Below, piece after piece: positions 19,317 through 28,129 of a stretch of DNA of 64,000 bases; within the stretch, counting starts at the first letter, position 1; every line of letters starts with the position of its first letter. This DNA comes from an uncultured archaeon (lineage in GTDB: Archaea; Asgardarchaeota; Hermodarchaeia; Hermodarchaeales; Hermodarchaeaceae). A program made the position numbers and the translations under genes. The notes beneath the pieces were generated by a model, which was not told the origin of the DNA, did not search any database, and saw nothing but the letters and a program-made list of their open reading frames with translations. The stretch is taken from contig CAYFXC010000004.1 in assembly GCA_964347045.1 (NCBI GenBank), forward strand, positions 46,465 to 110,464, given 5' to 3'.

Positions 19317-20672
19317 ATGTCAAATGAAGAGCCCGCAGGTTATTTAGGTAATGCGCAGCAAGCCCTTAACAAAGCAAAGATCCAAGTTGGTGACCTAATC
19401 GTCATCCAAACAATAGATAATACCTTTGAAGGTATTGTTATTCCTCGCGCTGAAATCGGAGCGGATGATCAACATATCATCCTCAAACTTGATTCAGGAT
19501 ACAATATAGGTATTCACGTCGACAATATTCAACATCTCAAGCGACTAAAAGCAGGGAAGAAAGTTCAACCCGAACTTCCTTCCATAGCTCGAAAAACAAA
19601 GAAAGGTCTACCCTGGGTTAGTATTCTAAGCACCGGAGGAACTATTGCTAGCAGAGTTGATTACCATACAGGTGCAGTATATCCTGCATTATCTGTGGAT
19701 GACTTATATACTGTTGTCCCTGAACTGGGAAACTTAGCGAACATCCGAGCAGAAGTCCTTTTCAGCATATTTAGTGAAAACTTGCAACCTAGCCACTGGA
19801 CCACAATTGCTAAACAGACGGCAAAGCACCTTGATAATTCAGAAGGTGTTGTTATTGCTCATGGAACCGATACAATGGGATATACTGCAGCGGCATTGAG
19901 TTTTGCACTCCAAAACCTCCCACGCCCTGTGATTCTCACCGGTTCTCAACGTTCATCCGATCGACCCTCATCCGATGCCGCACTGAATTTAACTGGTGCT
20001 GTTATTGCAGCTTGTCAAGCTCCTTTCGCTGAAGTAGTTATTGCCATGCACAAATCGCCCAATGACACCGCCATCGCCCTTCACCCCGGAACTCAAGTTC
20101 GAAAATGCCATACCAGTCGTCGTGATGCATTCTTGACAATAAATTCTGATCTGCTAGGAGAAGTCAAAGATGGGAAAGTGTACATGCTTGTCGATCAGTC
20201 TGCTTTTCAACATCGCGACTCGAAGAAGGTCCTAAGATTACAACCTGAATTTGATTCGAAAGTTGGTCTTGTAAAAACTACTCCAGGAATGACAGTAGAC
20301 CTAATAAATTCGCTTATCGATCACAACTACCACGGAATTGTGCTTGAGGGCACAGGATTGGGTCATGCCCCGAAATCCCTATTTGAGGTCATTGATCGAG
20401 CCCGAGAGGAGCAAATACCGATTGTTATGTCATCACAGTGTATTTGGGGACGCGTTCAGATGCGCGTTTACCGCACTGGAGTAGAATTAGTTCAACGTGG
20501 AGTTATTCCCGTAGAGGATATGATTGCTGAGACAGCCTATGTGAAGCTGATGTGGGTACTTGCACAGACTCAAGATTTGTTTGAGGTTCGTTCACGCATA
20601 CAAGAAAATTTTGTTGGAGAAATGACGAATTGTTCTAAACGCAGTCAATTCGAAGGGATGAACGATCAATGA
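19317..20672 (+). CDS. gatD: Glu-tRNA(Gln) amidotransferase subunit D
   Basis: Asparaginase-like core (ILSTGGTIASRVDYHTGAV, HGTDTMGYTAAALSF) with the archaeal GatD N-terminal extension. 4-nt overlap with gatE. Confidence 0.9.
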   Translation: MSNEEPAGYLGNAQQALNKAKIQVGDLIVIQTIDNTFEGIVIPRAEIGADDQHIILKLDSGYNIGIHVDNIQHLKRLKAGKKVQPELPSIARKTKKGLPWVSILSTGGTIASRVDYHTGAVYPALSVDDLYTVVPELGNLANIRAEVLFSIFSENLQPSHWTTIAKQTAKHLDNSEGVVIAHGTDTMGYTAAALSFALQNLPRPVILTGSQRSSDRPSSDAALNLTGAVIAACQAPFAEVVIAMHKSPNDTAIALHPGTQVRKCHTSRRDAFLTINSDLLGEVKDGKVYMLVDQSAFQHRDSKKVLRLQPEFDSKVGLVKTTPGMTVDLINSLIDHNYHGIVLEGTGLGHAPKSLFEVIDRAREEQIPIVMSSQCIWGRVQMRVYRTGVELVQRGVIPVEDMIAETAYVKLMWVLAQTQDLFEVRSRIQENFVGEMTNCSKRSQFEGMNDQ

Positions 20673-22576
20673 CAAAAATCGATTATGCAAAAGTCGGAGC
20701 GCTCATTGGTATTGAGGTCCATCAACAATTAGATACAAAGACGAAGTTATTTTGTAACTGTCCCACCGAAATCCGAGAAGATGACCCACATTTTACGTTT
20801 ATCCGACGATTACGACCCACTCAAAGCGAACTCGGAGAGGTGGATCCTGCAGCACTCTTCGAGTTTCAAAGAGGTCGTGTTCATATTTACGAGAACTATG
20901 ATGATAGCATCTGTTTAGTTGAACAGGATGAAGAACCACCTCATCTCCTTGATAAGGAAGCTGTGGATTTTGCACTCGAAATTTCTTTACTGATGAATGC
21001 TCAACCCGTCGATGAGATCCAGGTTATGCGAAAGCTAGTAATTGATGGATCCAATACAACAGGATTTCAGCGAAGTGTCGTTATAGCATTTGGAGGGTCA
21101 ATTGATGTTAATGGATTTGCGGTGCCAATTCAAACCATTGGAGTCGAAGAAGATGCTGCCCGGAAAATCCGAGAAGAGGGAACCCAAACGTACTGGCGTC
21201 TAGACCGACTTGGGATTCCACTTATAGAAGTAGCAACTGCACCTGTTATGAAGACTCCAGAACAGGTTCAAGCCACAGCGCTCCGCATAGGACAAATCTT
21301 CCGAGTTACAGGAAAAGTAAAACGAGGGCTAGGAACTATTCGCCAAGACATCAATGTTTCAGTGAAGGGGGGTGCCATAATTGAAATCAAAGGAGTCCAA
21401 AAACTTAACCTGATAGGACAAGTTGTCCAATTTGAAGTTCAACGTCAGGTCGAACTCCTCAACCTCCGAGAAGAACTAAAGGAGCGAGGTGTTCGTATCG
21501 GACACATCAAACAAACTATTCACAATGTCACTCCGCTCTTTCTAAAAAGTGAAAACAAAGTCATCAAAACCGCCTTGAAACGTGAGGAAGGAGTATATGC
21601 CCTAATTCTTCCTGGCTTTGCCGGATTGGTGGGTAAAGAGATTCAACCAGGACGCCGATTGGGTAGTGAATTCGCAGATTATGCCAAGTTCTGGGGGGGC
21701 GTTCAAGGACTATTTCACACTGATGAACTTCCCAATTATGGTATTACAGCTAGTGAAGTAAGTAAATTGCGAACTCATTTGAAAGCAAAAGATAAGGATG
21801 CTGTAATCATTGTTGCTGCATCGAAATCCGCTTCCACCGATGCACTTAAGGCAGTGGCCAAACGTGCACAACAAACCTTGAAAGGTGTTCCAACTGAAAC
21901 CCGGGGACCATTAGCAGACGGAACTACTCGATACTCTCGTCCCCGACCAGGTGCCGCCCGAATGTACCCTGAAACAGATGTGGCACCTGTACCAGTAACT
22001 TCAAAGCGGCTTGAAAGAATTCGCCATGGATTACCTGAGTTGCCTGAAGAAAAATTACTGAAATTCCGTGATCAGTACCACCTTAGTGAAGAATTAGCAG
22101 AAATAATGATCCGATCTCTTCGCATTGACTTGTTTGAATACATCATAAAAAAACACCCCACATTGGCAGTAATAGCAGCGTCCACGCTAGAATCGACATG
22201 GCGAAACCTAGAGCGCGAAGGGATCAACGTAGATGATATTCCAGAAGAGCAGATTCTCCTTCTCTTTGACCGATTAAACGAAGAGAAATTTGCGAAGGAG
22301 GCAATTGAAGACCTTTTATTATGGCTCACTAAGCATCCCAAAGGAACCATTGACGATGCCATCAAAGATCTGGAGTTAGGCGTCATTGCTAAGGAGGAAC
22401 TCAAAGCGATTATTGACCAAATCGTACGAGCAAACTCGGCAATGGTCTCAGAGAGAGGACAACGAGCTATCGGTCCATTAATGGGAATGGTGATGAAGGA
22501 AGTTAGAGGACGCGCTGACGGAAAGCTTGTAAACGAACTTCTTCAAAATGCTGTACAAGCGCAGCTGAATTCCTAA
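20669..22576 (+). CDS. gatE: Glu-tRNA(Gln) amidotransferase subunit E
   Basis: IGIEVHQQLDTKTKLFCNCP, DGSNTTGFQRS, IPLIEVAT, and GTIRQDINVS, with the GatE-specific insertion and a C-terminal YqeY-like tail. Confidence 0.92.
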   Translation: MTKIDYAKVGALIGIEVHQQLDTKTKLFCNCPTEIREDDPHFTFIRRLRPTQSELGEVDPAALFEFQRGRVHIYENYDDSICLVEQDEEPPHLLDKEAVDFALEISLLMNAQPVDEIQVMRKLVIDGSNTTGFQRSVVIAFGGSIDVNGFAVPIQTIGVEEDAARKIREEGTQTYWRLDRLGIPLIEVATAPVMKTPEQVQATALRIGQIFRVTGKVKRGLGTIRQDINVSVKGGAIIEIKGVQKLNLIGQVVQFEVQRQVELLNLREELKERGVRIGHIKQTIHNVTPLFLKSENKVIKTALKREEGVYALILPGFAGLVGKEIQPGRRLGSEFADYAKFWGGVQGLFHTDELPNYGITASEVSKLRTHLKAKDKDAVIIVAASKSASTDALKAVAKRAQQTLKGVPTETRGPLADGTTRYSRPRPGAARMYPETDVAPVPVTSKRLERIRHGLPELPEEKLLKFRDQYHLSEELAEIMIRSLRIDLFEYIIKKHPTLAVIAASTLESTWRNLEREGINVDDIPEEQILLLFDRLNEEKFAKEAIEDLLLWLTKHPKGTIDDAIKDLELGVIAKEELKAIIDQIVRANSAMVSERGQRAIGPLMGMVMKEVRGRADGKLVNELLQNAVQAQLNS

Positions 22577-22883
22577 ATGAGAATAAGAAATCTCAAGGTC
22601 TTGATTAAATATCGCAGCAAGAGCGCCAAGAACAATTGTGACTATAGTTAAGGTACCATCAAACGCCCCAATTACGTTATATCGGCGAGTAAGCGAACCC
22701 AGATCAGTCATTCGCCAGTATTCCTTCCGACATTTAATTCGTCCCATTGAGTTTGCCATAATTGTCAACTTAACCTGTCATCTAATAACGAATACAGGAA
22801 ATCAATTATATTGAAAATGTCCTGAACCTGAAAAGGACTCACACTATTGCCCAATGATCGATGAAACTGGTTTGGGAGAGTAG

Positions 22884-24374
22884 TTAAGGATTTAGAAATC
22901 GAGGAATTTCACTTATTAAATGACGAGTTTGATTGCCTGTATCTCGGTCACGAATAGTTGCAGTTTCGTCTTCAAGACACTGTGGGTCAATTGTGACTGC
23001 TTTTGGTATTCCAATCTCATCTGCTCGGGCATATCGACGACCAATCCGTCCACTCGCATCATATAGTACAGCAAGCTTCTGCTGTTTACAGACAGTATAT
23101 AGGGCAGTAGCTATTTCCTCAAGCGCAGGGCGATTCAGAAGGGGGAGGATAACAGCATGATATGGAGCGAGTTGAAGAGGGAGCTGGAACCAAGACCATC
23201 CACGTGATTCATCCTTTGGACGATAGGTATGTTCTAAAATTGCATAGATTATACGATCAATACCAAAAGATGGTTCAATGACATGTGGAACTACTTTATT
23301 CCCTTCAATGTCAAGACTCAGATCTTTGTTACTCCCTTGTATATGAGATTGGAGATCATAATCTTGCCGATAGGCATTCCCAATAACTTCTTTCCAGCCA
23401 AAGCTTAGGTGAATTTCTAAATCAAAGTTCCCACCACTATAATGAGGCGTTTCCTCCGGACGCATATGGCGGAATCGAATGGCAGTCTCAGGAATTCCCA
23501 GTAATTTGAAGAATTCTACTTCATCACCGAGAATACAGGCCATCCATTGGTTGGGGACATACTTCTTTTCAAATGCGTCTTGAACCGTAAGACGCTTGGA
23601 AGAATAGTCAGTGTTTCCTTTTTTCATTGCCTTTTCTTGTATTTCACGTGTGACAAGATTAAGGGGAACTTTTGCTAATTGCTCATAGAATGGACAGGCA
23701 TCAAGTTCGGTGGGATTAATGAAATATTCAATTTCCATTTGTCCAAATTCACGAACCCGTACGATGCTTTGACGGGGTGATATTTCGTTTCGATATGACC
23801 GCCCGATTTGAGCAATCCCGAAGGGTAGCTTTGCCCGCATAGCAGTTTGGACGCGTTTGAAACCCAGAAAGATGTTTTGAGCTGTTTCGGGGCGAAGAAA
23901 AGCTTGACGTCTTTCACCGCCAACAGTTGTCCCAAACATTAGCCCAAAACTTTTAACTTCACATAGGAGATCTCCACAGACCGGGCAGCGAATTTTGTTT
24001 TCTTGAATTATCGCTTCTAATTCTTTGTTAGACTTTCCTTCGGCGGGAATCTTTAGCCGTTCTTCGATAAGTTGATCAATTCGTGTCACATGCCCTTTTG
24101 GACATTCAGCTGATGGATCAGTAAAATGATCTAAGTGTCCAGAGGCTTTGAAAACTGGGTTGGGTAGAAGAGTGTTTCCGCTTACCTCGTAAACAATGTC
24201 ACGTGTTTCAATGAATCGTGTTCGCCAAAGGTTAATGAGATTATTTTGGATTCGTGCCCCAATGGGTCCGAAATCATAGAATCCCGCAAGTCCTCCATAG
24301 ATTTCCGCTGTAGGGTAAATGATTCCGCGACGCAAGGATACCGTCATTACTTCTTCAAGGAGTGACTTCACCAT
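22884..24374 (-). CDS. glyS: Glycine--tRNA ligase (archaeal/eukaryal alpha2 type)
   Basis: RRGIIYPTAEIYGGLAGFYDFGPIG, FKASGHLDHFTDP, FLRPETAQ, IAQIGRSYRNEISPR, REFGQMEIEYF. Start set at ATG 24374 (MVKSLLEEV...), since family N-termini begin shortly before the RRGF..EIYGG motif; the track ORF extends to 24497. Confidence 0.9.
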   Translation of the reverse strand: MVKSLLEEVMTVSLRRGIIYPTAEIYGGLAGFYDFGPIGARIQNNLINLWRTRFIETRDIVYEVSGNTLLPNPVFKASGHLDHFTDPSAECPKGHVTRIDQLIEERLKIPAEGKSNKELEAIIQENKIRCPVCGDLLCEVKSFGLMFGTTVGGERRQAFLRPETAQNIFLGFKRVQTAMRAKLPFGIAQIGRSYRNEISPRQSIVRVREFGQMEIEYFINPTELDACPFYEQLAKVPLNLVTREIQEKAMKKGNTDYSSKRLTVQDAFEKKYVPNQWMACILGDEVEFFKLLGIPETAIRFRHMRPEETPHYSGGNFDLEIHLSFGWKEVIGNAYRQDYDLQSHIQGSNKDLSLDIEGNKVVPHVIEPSFGIDRIIYAILEHTYRPKDESRGWSWFQLPLQLAPYHAVILPLLNRPALEEIATALYTVCKQQKLAVLYDASGRIGRRYARADEIGIPKAVTIDPQCLEDETATIRDRDTGNQTRHLISEIPRFLNP

Positions 24375-24498
24375 TGAAAATCCACATCCAACAAGGAGGC
24401 ATGGCACTATATTAAATTCTGGTGAGTCAATTTTCTGTTTTATTCCTTTCTGAAAAGGAGCTGATGACTCGAGAGGGTGACGAAACATTTTAAGCAAT

Positions 24499-25281
24499 AT
24501 GTGGGAGTGGTTAATTACCGCTCAGAGAAACGTAGTTGCTACGTTTGCTCATTTGTGGGAAAGGTGTAATTCCGAAATGTCACAGGAAGAATTTGACGAA
24601 ATGTACTGGAACGGCGTCCGTGACGCTTTGCGCATGTCTCAAACGTTCCTCTTTTGGAAAGAAAAAAATCCGAACGAGGATCGCACGATTGAGACTTTTG
24701 TCAGCGAAGCCCTTGAAGCGGTACGTCAAAAATCCGCTCCACAATTGAAAAAGATGCTCGGGATAACTTTTGGTGAAGACGAAGCAGCAGTGGATGAAAT
24801 GCTACCCGGCCTTCAAGAGATTGAAGCAGTAAAGGTAGCTCCTGAACCGGAGCCCGAGCTGGTTCCTGAGCCTATTCTAGAGCCTGAGGCGGTACCACCG
24901 CCTGTCCCTCCGGTTCCTGAACCTGAAGCGGCCCCTGAACTCATCCCTGAACCAACGCTCATTGAAGCGCCACCTGAGCCTGAAGTCTTTCTTGCAGAAG
25001 AACCCGAACCAGAGCCAGCCCCGGCACCAACACGAACTTTTGACTTTGGCGAACCCGAACCAGAGCCAGCCCCGGCACCAACCTTTGAACCAGCACCTGA
25101 GTTTGAACCCGCTCCAGAACCAGCATTAGAACCCGCTCCAGAACCCGCTCCAGAACCCGCTCCAGAACCCGCTCCAGAACCAGCATTAGAACCAGCCCCA
25201 GCCCCTACTGAACCCACAGCTGCTGAAGAAACGGAAGAGAGCGATGAAGAAGAACCTAAACGACGAACTTTCTTCTTCTAA
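24499..25281 (+). CDS. Hypothetical protein: about 90-aa helical N-domain followed by a long Pro/Glu/Ala-rich low-complexity tail
   Basis: The tail reads APEPEPELVPEPILEPEAVPPPVPPVPEPEAAPE...EPAPEPAPEPAPEPAPEPALEPAPAP...EETEESDEEEPKRRTFFF. An alternative start at ATG 24577 (MSQEEFDEMYW) is plausible, and an 8-bp hairpin (aaacgtag ttg ctacgttt, 24527-24545) lies before it. Confidence 0.55.
   Translation: MWEWLITAQRNVVATFAHLWERCNSEMSQEEFDEMYWNGVRDALRMSQTFLFWKEKNPNEDRTIETFVSEALEAVRQKSAPQLKKMLGITFGEDEAAVDEMLPGLQEIEAVKVAPEPEPELVPEPILEPEAVPPPVPPVPEPEAAPELIPEPTLIEAPPEPEVFLAEEPEPEPAPAPTRTFDFGEPEPEPAPAPTFEPAPEFEPAPEPALEPAPEPAPEPAPEPAPEPALEPAPAPTEPTAAEETEESDEEEPKRRTFFF
25000..25082 (+). repeat. Two copies of a 32-nt direct repeat (gaacccgaaccagagccagccccggcaccaac) spaced 51 nt apart, inside the Pro/Glu-rich CDS
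   Basis: Identical strings read at 25000-25031 and 25051-25082, each encoding EPEPEPAPAPT. Confidence 0.85.
25105..25200 (+). repeat. 12-nt in-frame tandem repeat, 8 units (gaacccgctcca / gaaccagcatta variants) encoding (EPAP/EPAL)n
   Basis: Direct reading finds four consecutive identical gaacccgctcca units at 25129-25176, flanked by variant units. Confidence 0.85.
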
Positions 25282-25326
25282 ACTAAAACTAGACTTTCCA
25301 AACGTCATTCACCCTCTGAGAGGAGG

Positions 25327-25689
25327 TTAGGTTGATCGGAATAGGCGTGAGAGATGTTTGGTTGCCTGCTCAACTAATAAAAGCATGGCGCCTAAATGCT
25401 GTTTTTTGAAAACCGCCACCATCACCATATCATCGTTGATTCCTCGTAAGATTAAACTCCCTGCTTGTGTATCCAAAATTATTCTTGCGGGCGTCAATGT
25501 GAATAACTTATCCGACAAGTCAACTGCTACATTAAGTAATGTTGCTAAACTTGCTGAGAGCAGGGTTTCATCCACGTGTGCTCGAATCCGTGCTGTTACC
25601 GGTAATCCCGTCTTCATTAACAAGACTACTGCCACAAGCCCCCCAGCTCGTTCATCAAAATCCTCTAATACCTTATCTACATCGGCCAT
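25327..25689 (-). CDS. Roadblock/LC7 (MglB-like) domain protein
   Basis: 120 aa from ATG 25689: MADVDKVLEDFDERAGGLVAVVLLMKTGLPVTARI...ARIILDTQAGSLILRGINDDMVMVAVF. This shows the typical size and the alpha-beta-alpha pattern of Roadblock/LC7. An upstream ATG at 25800 would add a hydrophobic N-terminal segment (LLNTVIFLVCVVSLF). Confidence 0.7.
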   Translation of the reverse strand: MADVDKVLEDFDERAGGLVAVVLLMKTGLPVTARIRAHVDETLLSASLATLLNVAVDLSDKLFTLTPARIILDTQAGSLILRGINDDMVMVAVFKKQHLGAMLLLVEQATKHLSRLFRST

Positions 25690-25859
25690 TAACTGTTCTG
25701 CATCACTCGACAAACAAACACCCCTAAATAAACTAACCACGCAAACTAAGAAAATAACCGTGTTTAAGAGTTTGGGCAACTCCCAAACACAACTCAACAT
25801 AGCACAAGAAGAACCATCGATGAGACATTCGATCCTAATTACGCGCAAAACGCAAGCCG

Positions 25860-26177
25860 CTATTGAATCGCCGCGAGTTCTTTCTTAATTTCCTCTCGAG
25901 GCCAAATACCTATGTGTGTTTGAACCGGCTCACCATTCTTAAACAAAATTAATGTAGGGATTGCACGAACCTGATATTTCATCGAGGTCTCTGGCGCCTG
26001 ATCTGCATCAATCTTTGCAATCCGCACTCTACTCGTATCCAATTCCTTCTCCAAATCCTCTAAAATCTGGGCCTGCATTTTACATGGACCACACCAGATC
26101 GTGTAGATATCTAGGAGTACGACTTCATGTTCCTTAAGAAATGCATCAATAGTTGTATCGGTAAGTTCTTCAACCAT
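25860..26177 (-). CDS. trxA: Thioredoxin
   Basis: 105 aa with the active site WCGPC plus the IPTLILFKNG cis-Pro region. Confidence 0.92.
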   Translation of the reverse strand: MVEELTDTTIDAFLKEHEVVLLDIYTIWCGPCKMQAQILEDLEKELDTSRVRIAKIDADQAPETSMKYQVRAIPTLILFKNGEPVQTHIGIWPREEIKKELAAIQ

Positions 26178-26298
26178 TTCTATACCTCGTTATTGAATGG
26201 GACTACGGTTTTCCGTTTTATGGTTTACTCTTTTGTTGTTTTTTATATCGACCTTCCTTAATTTCACTTGTCTTAGATTTTTCGAAATCTCGTATCCT

Positions 26299-26817
26299 TT
26301 AAGCATTTTCGAGGAGTGTTGCGATGTTGAGTCCTTTGCCGATATCGCCGAGGTATCTGATAAAGCTGGCTAAGAGCTGATTAAGGCCGAGACCGCGATG
26401 AGCTTGAGTGGGAAAAACGGGGGCGCGGATGTTCAATAGTGTCTCGATGTGTTTAGGGTGTATTGCGCCAGGGAGATCCTGTTTGTTTGCCGCGACAGCG
26501 ACGGGGGGTGGATGGGAACCAAAGATTTCACGAAGGTACCGTTCTCCTTGAATGATGGTATGAGGATTAGCACTATCAACAACAAGAATGACACCGTCCG
26601 TGCCACCAGAAAGGGCTTTACGAACGAGCCCAAATTGTTGTAGACCTGGGCTACCGAAGAGATGAGCTTTGACATTTTGATATTCAAGGGTGCCGAAATC
26701 AAGGCAGACTGTGCAGCCATTGACATCGGTGGATACGGTGTGATTGGTAACCCTCTTAATGAGTGTAGTTTTGCCGACGCCTTGAGGTCCAATGACAAGG
26801 ATCTTGAGATGCCGCAC
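26299..26817 (-). CDS. Small Ras-superfamily GTPase (MglA/COG2229-like)
   Basis: GTG start. P-loop GPQGVGKT, switch II region LFGSPGLQQF (the Asp of DxxGQ is replaced, as in MglA-type GTPases), and G4 NKQD. Confidence 0.8.
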   Translation of the reverse strand: MRHLKILVIGPQGVGKTTLIKRVTNHTVSTDVNGCTVCLDFGTLEYQNVKAHLFGSPGLQQFGLVRKALSGGTDGVILVVDSANPHTIIQGERYLREIFGSHPPPVAVAANKQDLPGAIHPKHIETLLNIRAPVFPTQAHRGLGLNQLLASFIRYLGDIGKGLNIATLLENA

Positions 26818-27184
26818 AATGCCTACCTCGATGGTTAAGCCGTTGGTTACGTGGTCTTAAGCCTTAAGGTTTGCGTTCTCTCCCCCATTTAGAGCTCTTT
26901 TAAAGATGTGATATAGAATAGGGGTCGCTGGAAATCCGCGCGGAAACCACAATGGCTTGGTGCTGTGGAGGGATGTTGGGGTGGAGAAATTTAAACAGTT
27001 CATTCGAGGAGGAGGGGAGGGAAATATTGGGATAGGAGGGAGTTCCAAGTTCCTCAACATCCTATCTCCGCGATTTTACGTAATTGGGATTTTTGTCGGC
27101 TCTTTATTATTAAGCCTTATGGCTGTTGTGCTATCATAGCCTTGGAGAAGGAGAAAAACGAGAAATTTGTTGGATTCAGGCTAT

Positions 27185-27514
27185 CTATTCTTCAACGTAA
27201 ACAACGGTGACATATTCGATTACTGCAAACCGGTCTTTGCTGCGAGAAATAAGTTTGAGATCATCACGCAGTGCGTTAAGGTGGAGGAACCGTTTGATAT
27301 AGGTGCGGAGATGCTTTTTACTAGGATGATGGGCTGTATCACTGCGCACATAGACCTCATTATCAGCCACGGTGACTGTTACATTTTTGGCGAGTTTTTC
27401 GGTAAGGAAGTTTACCATGGCAGTTCCAAGTTCACCACCATGATTGAGCATGTCATTGATTTCGATTGTAATGAAAGTCTTTCCTGGTTCTGGTTCAGAT
27501 GTTGATGTTGACAT
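27185..27514 (-). CDS. rpl22e: Ribosomal protein L22e (eL22) homologue
   Basis: 109 aa. The C-terminal two-thirds aligns by eye to human RPL22: SKKHLRTYIKRFLHLNALRDDLKLISRSKDRFAVIEY versus [37 protein letters not shown]. The N-terminal KTFITIE resembles KFTLDCT. Confidence 0.75.
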   Translation of the reverse strand: MSTSTSEPEPGKTFITIEINDMLNHGGELGTAMVNFLTEKLAKNVTVTVADNEVYVRSDTAHHPSKKHLRTYIKRFLHLNALRDDLKLISRSKDRFAVIEYVTVVYVEE

Positions 27515-27580
27515 AGTGTAAGTCCCTCATTAGGTTGAGTATTGTCCTTACCAAAAGTAAGTCCTTTAAAAATTCTATGC

Positions 27581-28129
27581 TTAGTCACGATGGTCATTTT
27601 CTGATTCTATTGAATTTGAAGAAATTAATAGTGGTGGAGGATTTTCCTCTTGGAGTGCATGGCGTTTTTCCCGCCAGCGAATGAGCCGAGGGGCAAGAGC
27701 CCCAAAGCCAAGGGTATAACCCGCATAAAGAATGGGAACAAGAAGAATGTAAAAAAGACTCATGGAAGACAGCACATAACCTACTGAATAGCCAAGAAGA
27801 AAACCGGTTAGAGCACGAACTGGGTTGCGGCTTTCTCGCATTTGCAAGGTTTGCGTGGACCAATCAAAAACGGCAGGGAGGCTGAGAACAAATGCACCCA
27901 AGAACGTTATTGGGTTGATGGAGATAAATATGATGAACGTATGTAAGTAAAGTGCGAAAATTACTCCGACTAAGAGTGCAGAACACCGAGCGCAAATATG
28001 AAGTGTATGGCCGCGGAACGAGATAGACCAGGTGCGATGCATGTAAGGAGGATCGTGATGACTGATGAGCAAATGGAGAGTATCAAGAATTCGTCGTTTC
28101 CGCGATTTTTTGGGAGGTTGTTCTGTCAC
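27581..28129 (-). CDS. DUF2085-family membrane protein
   Basis: HHDPPYMHRTWSISFRGHTLHICARCSALLVGV fits the DUF2085 'CH...RS....g..l..CaRCtG' core, followed by 4 TM helices. GTG start. Confidence 0.55.
   Translation of the reverse strand: MTEQPPKKSRKRRILDTLHLLISHHDPPYMHRTWSISFRGHTLHICARCSALLVGVIFALYLHTFIIFISINPITFLGAFVLSLPAVFDWSTQTLQMRESRNPVRALTGFLLGYSVGYVLSSMSLFYILLVPILYAGYTLGFGALAPRLIRWREKRHALQEENPPPLLISSNSIESENDHRD

Noticed and set aside
22478-22768. 96-aa minus ORF whose N-terminus (RRYNVIGAFDGTLTIVTIVLGALAA) resembles the first helix motif of VIT1/CCC1 iron transporters
   Set aside because: Only one motif-length match. The ORF runs 99 nt into the intact gatE 3' end, and the rest of a VIT domain is absent. 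It is at best a gene fragment, and I could not support it as a functional CDS.
24813-25217. Gly/Ser/Ala-repeat ORFs on the minus strand (GAGSGAGS...)
   Set aside because: They are the reverse-complement reading of the Pro/Glu/Ala tandem repeats. The plus-strand gene has a non-repetitive N-terminal domain and a proper start and stop.
25358-25888. 176-aa plus-strand ORF covering the Roadblock gene
   Set aside because: It is antisense to a well-formed Roadblock/LC7 domain, with Ser/Thr/Lys-rich low-complexity composition and no motif.
26433-26819. 128-aa alternative-frame ORF inside the GTPase gene
   Set aside because: The GTPase frame carries P-loop and NKQD motifs. The alternative frame has none.
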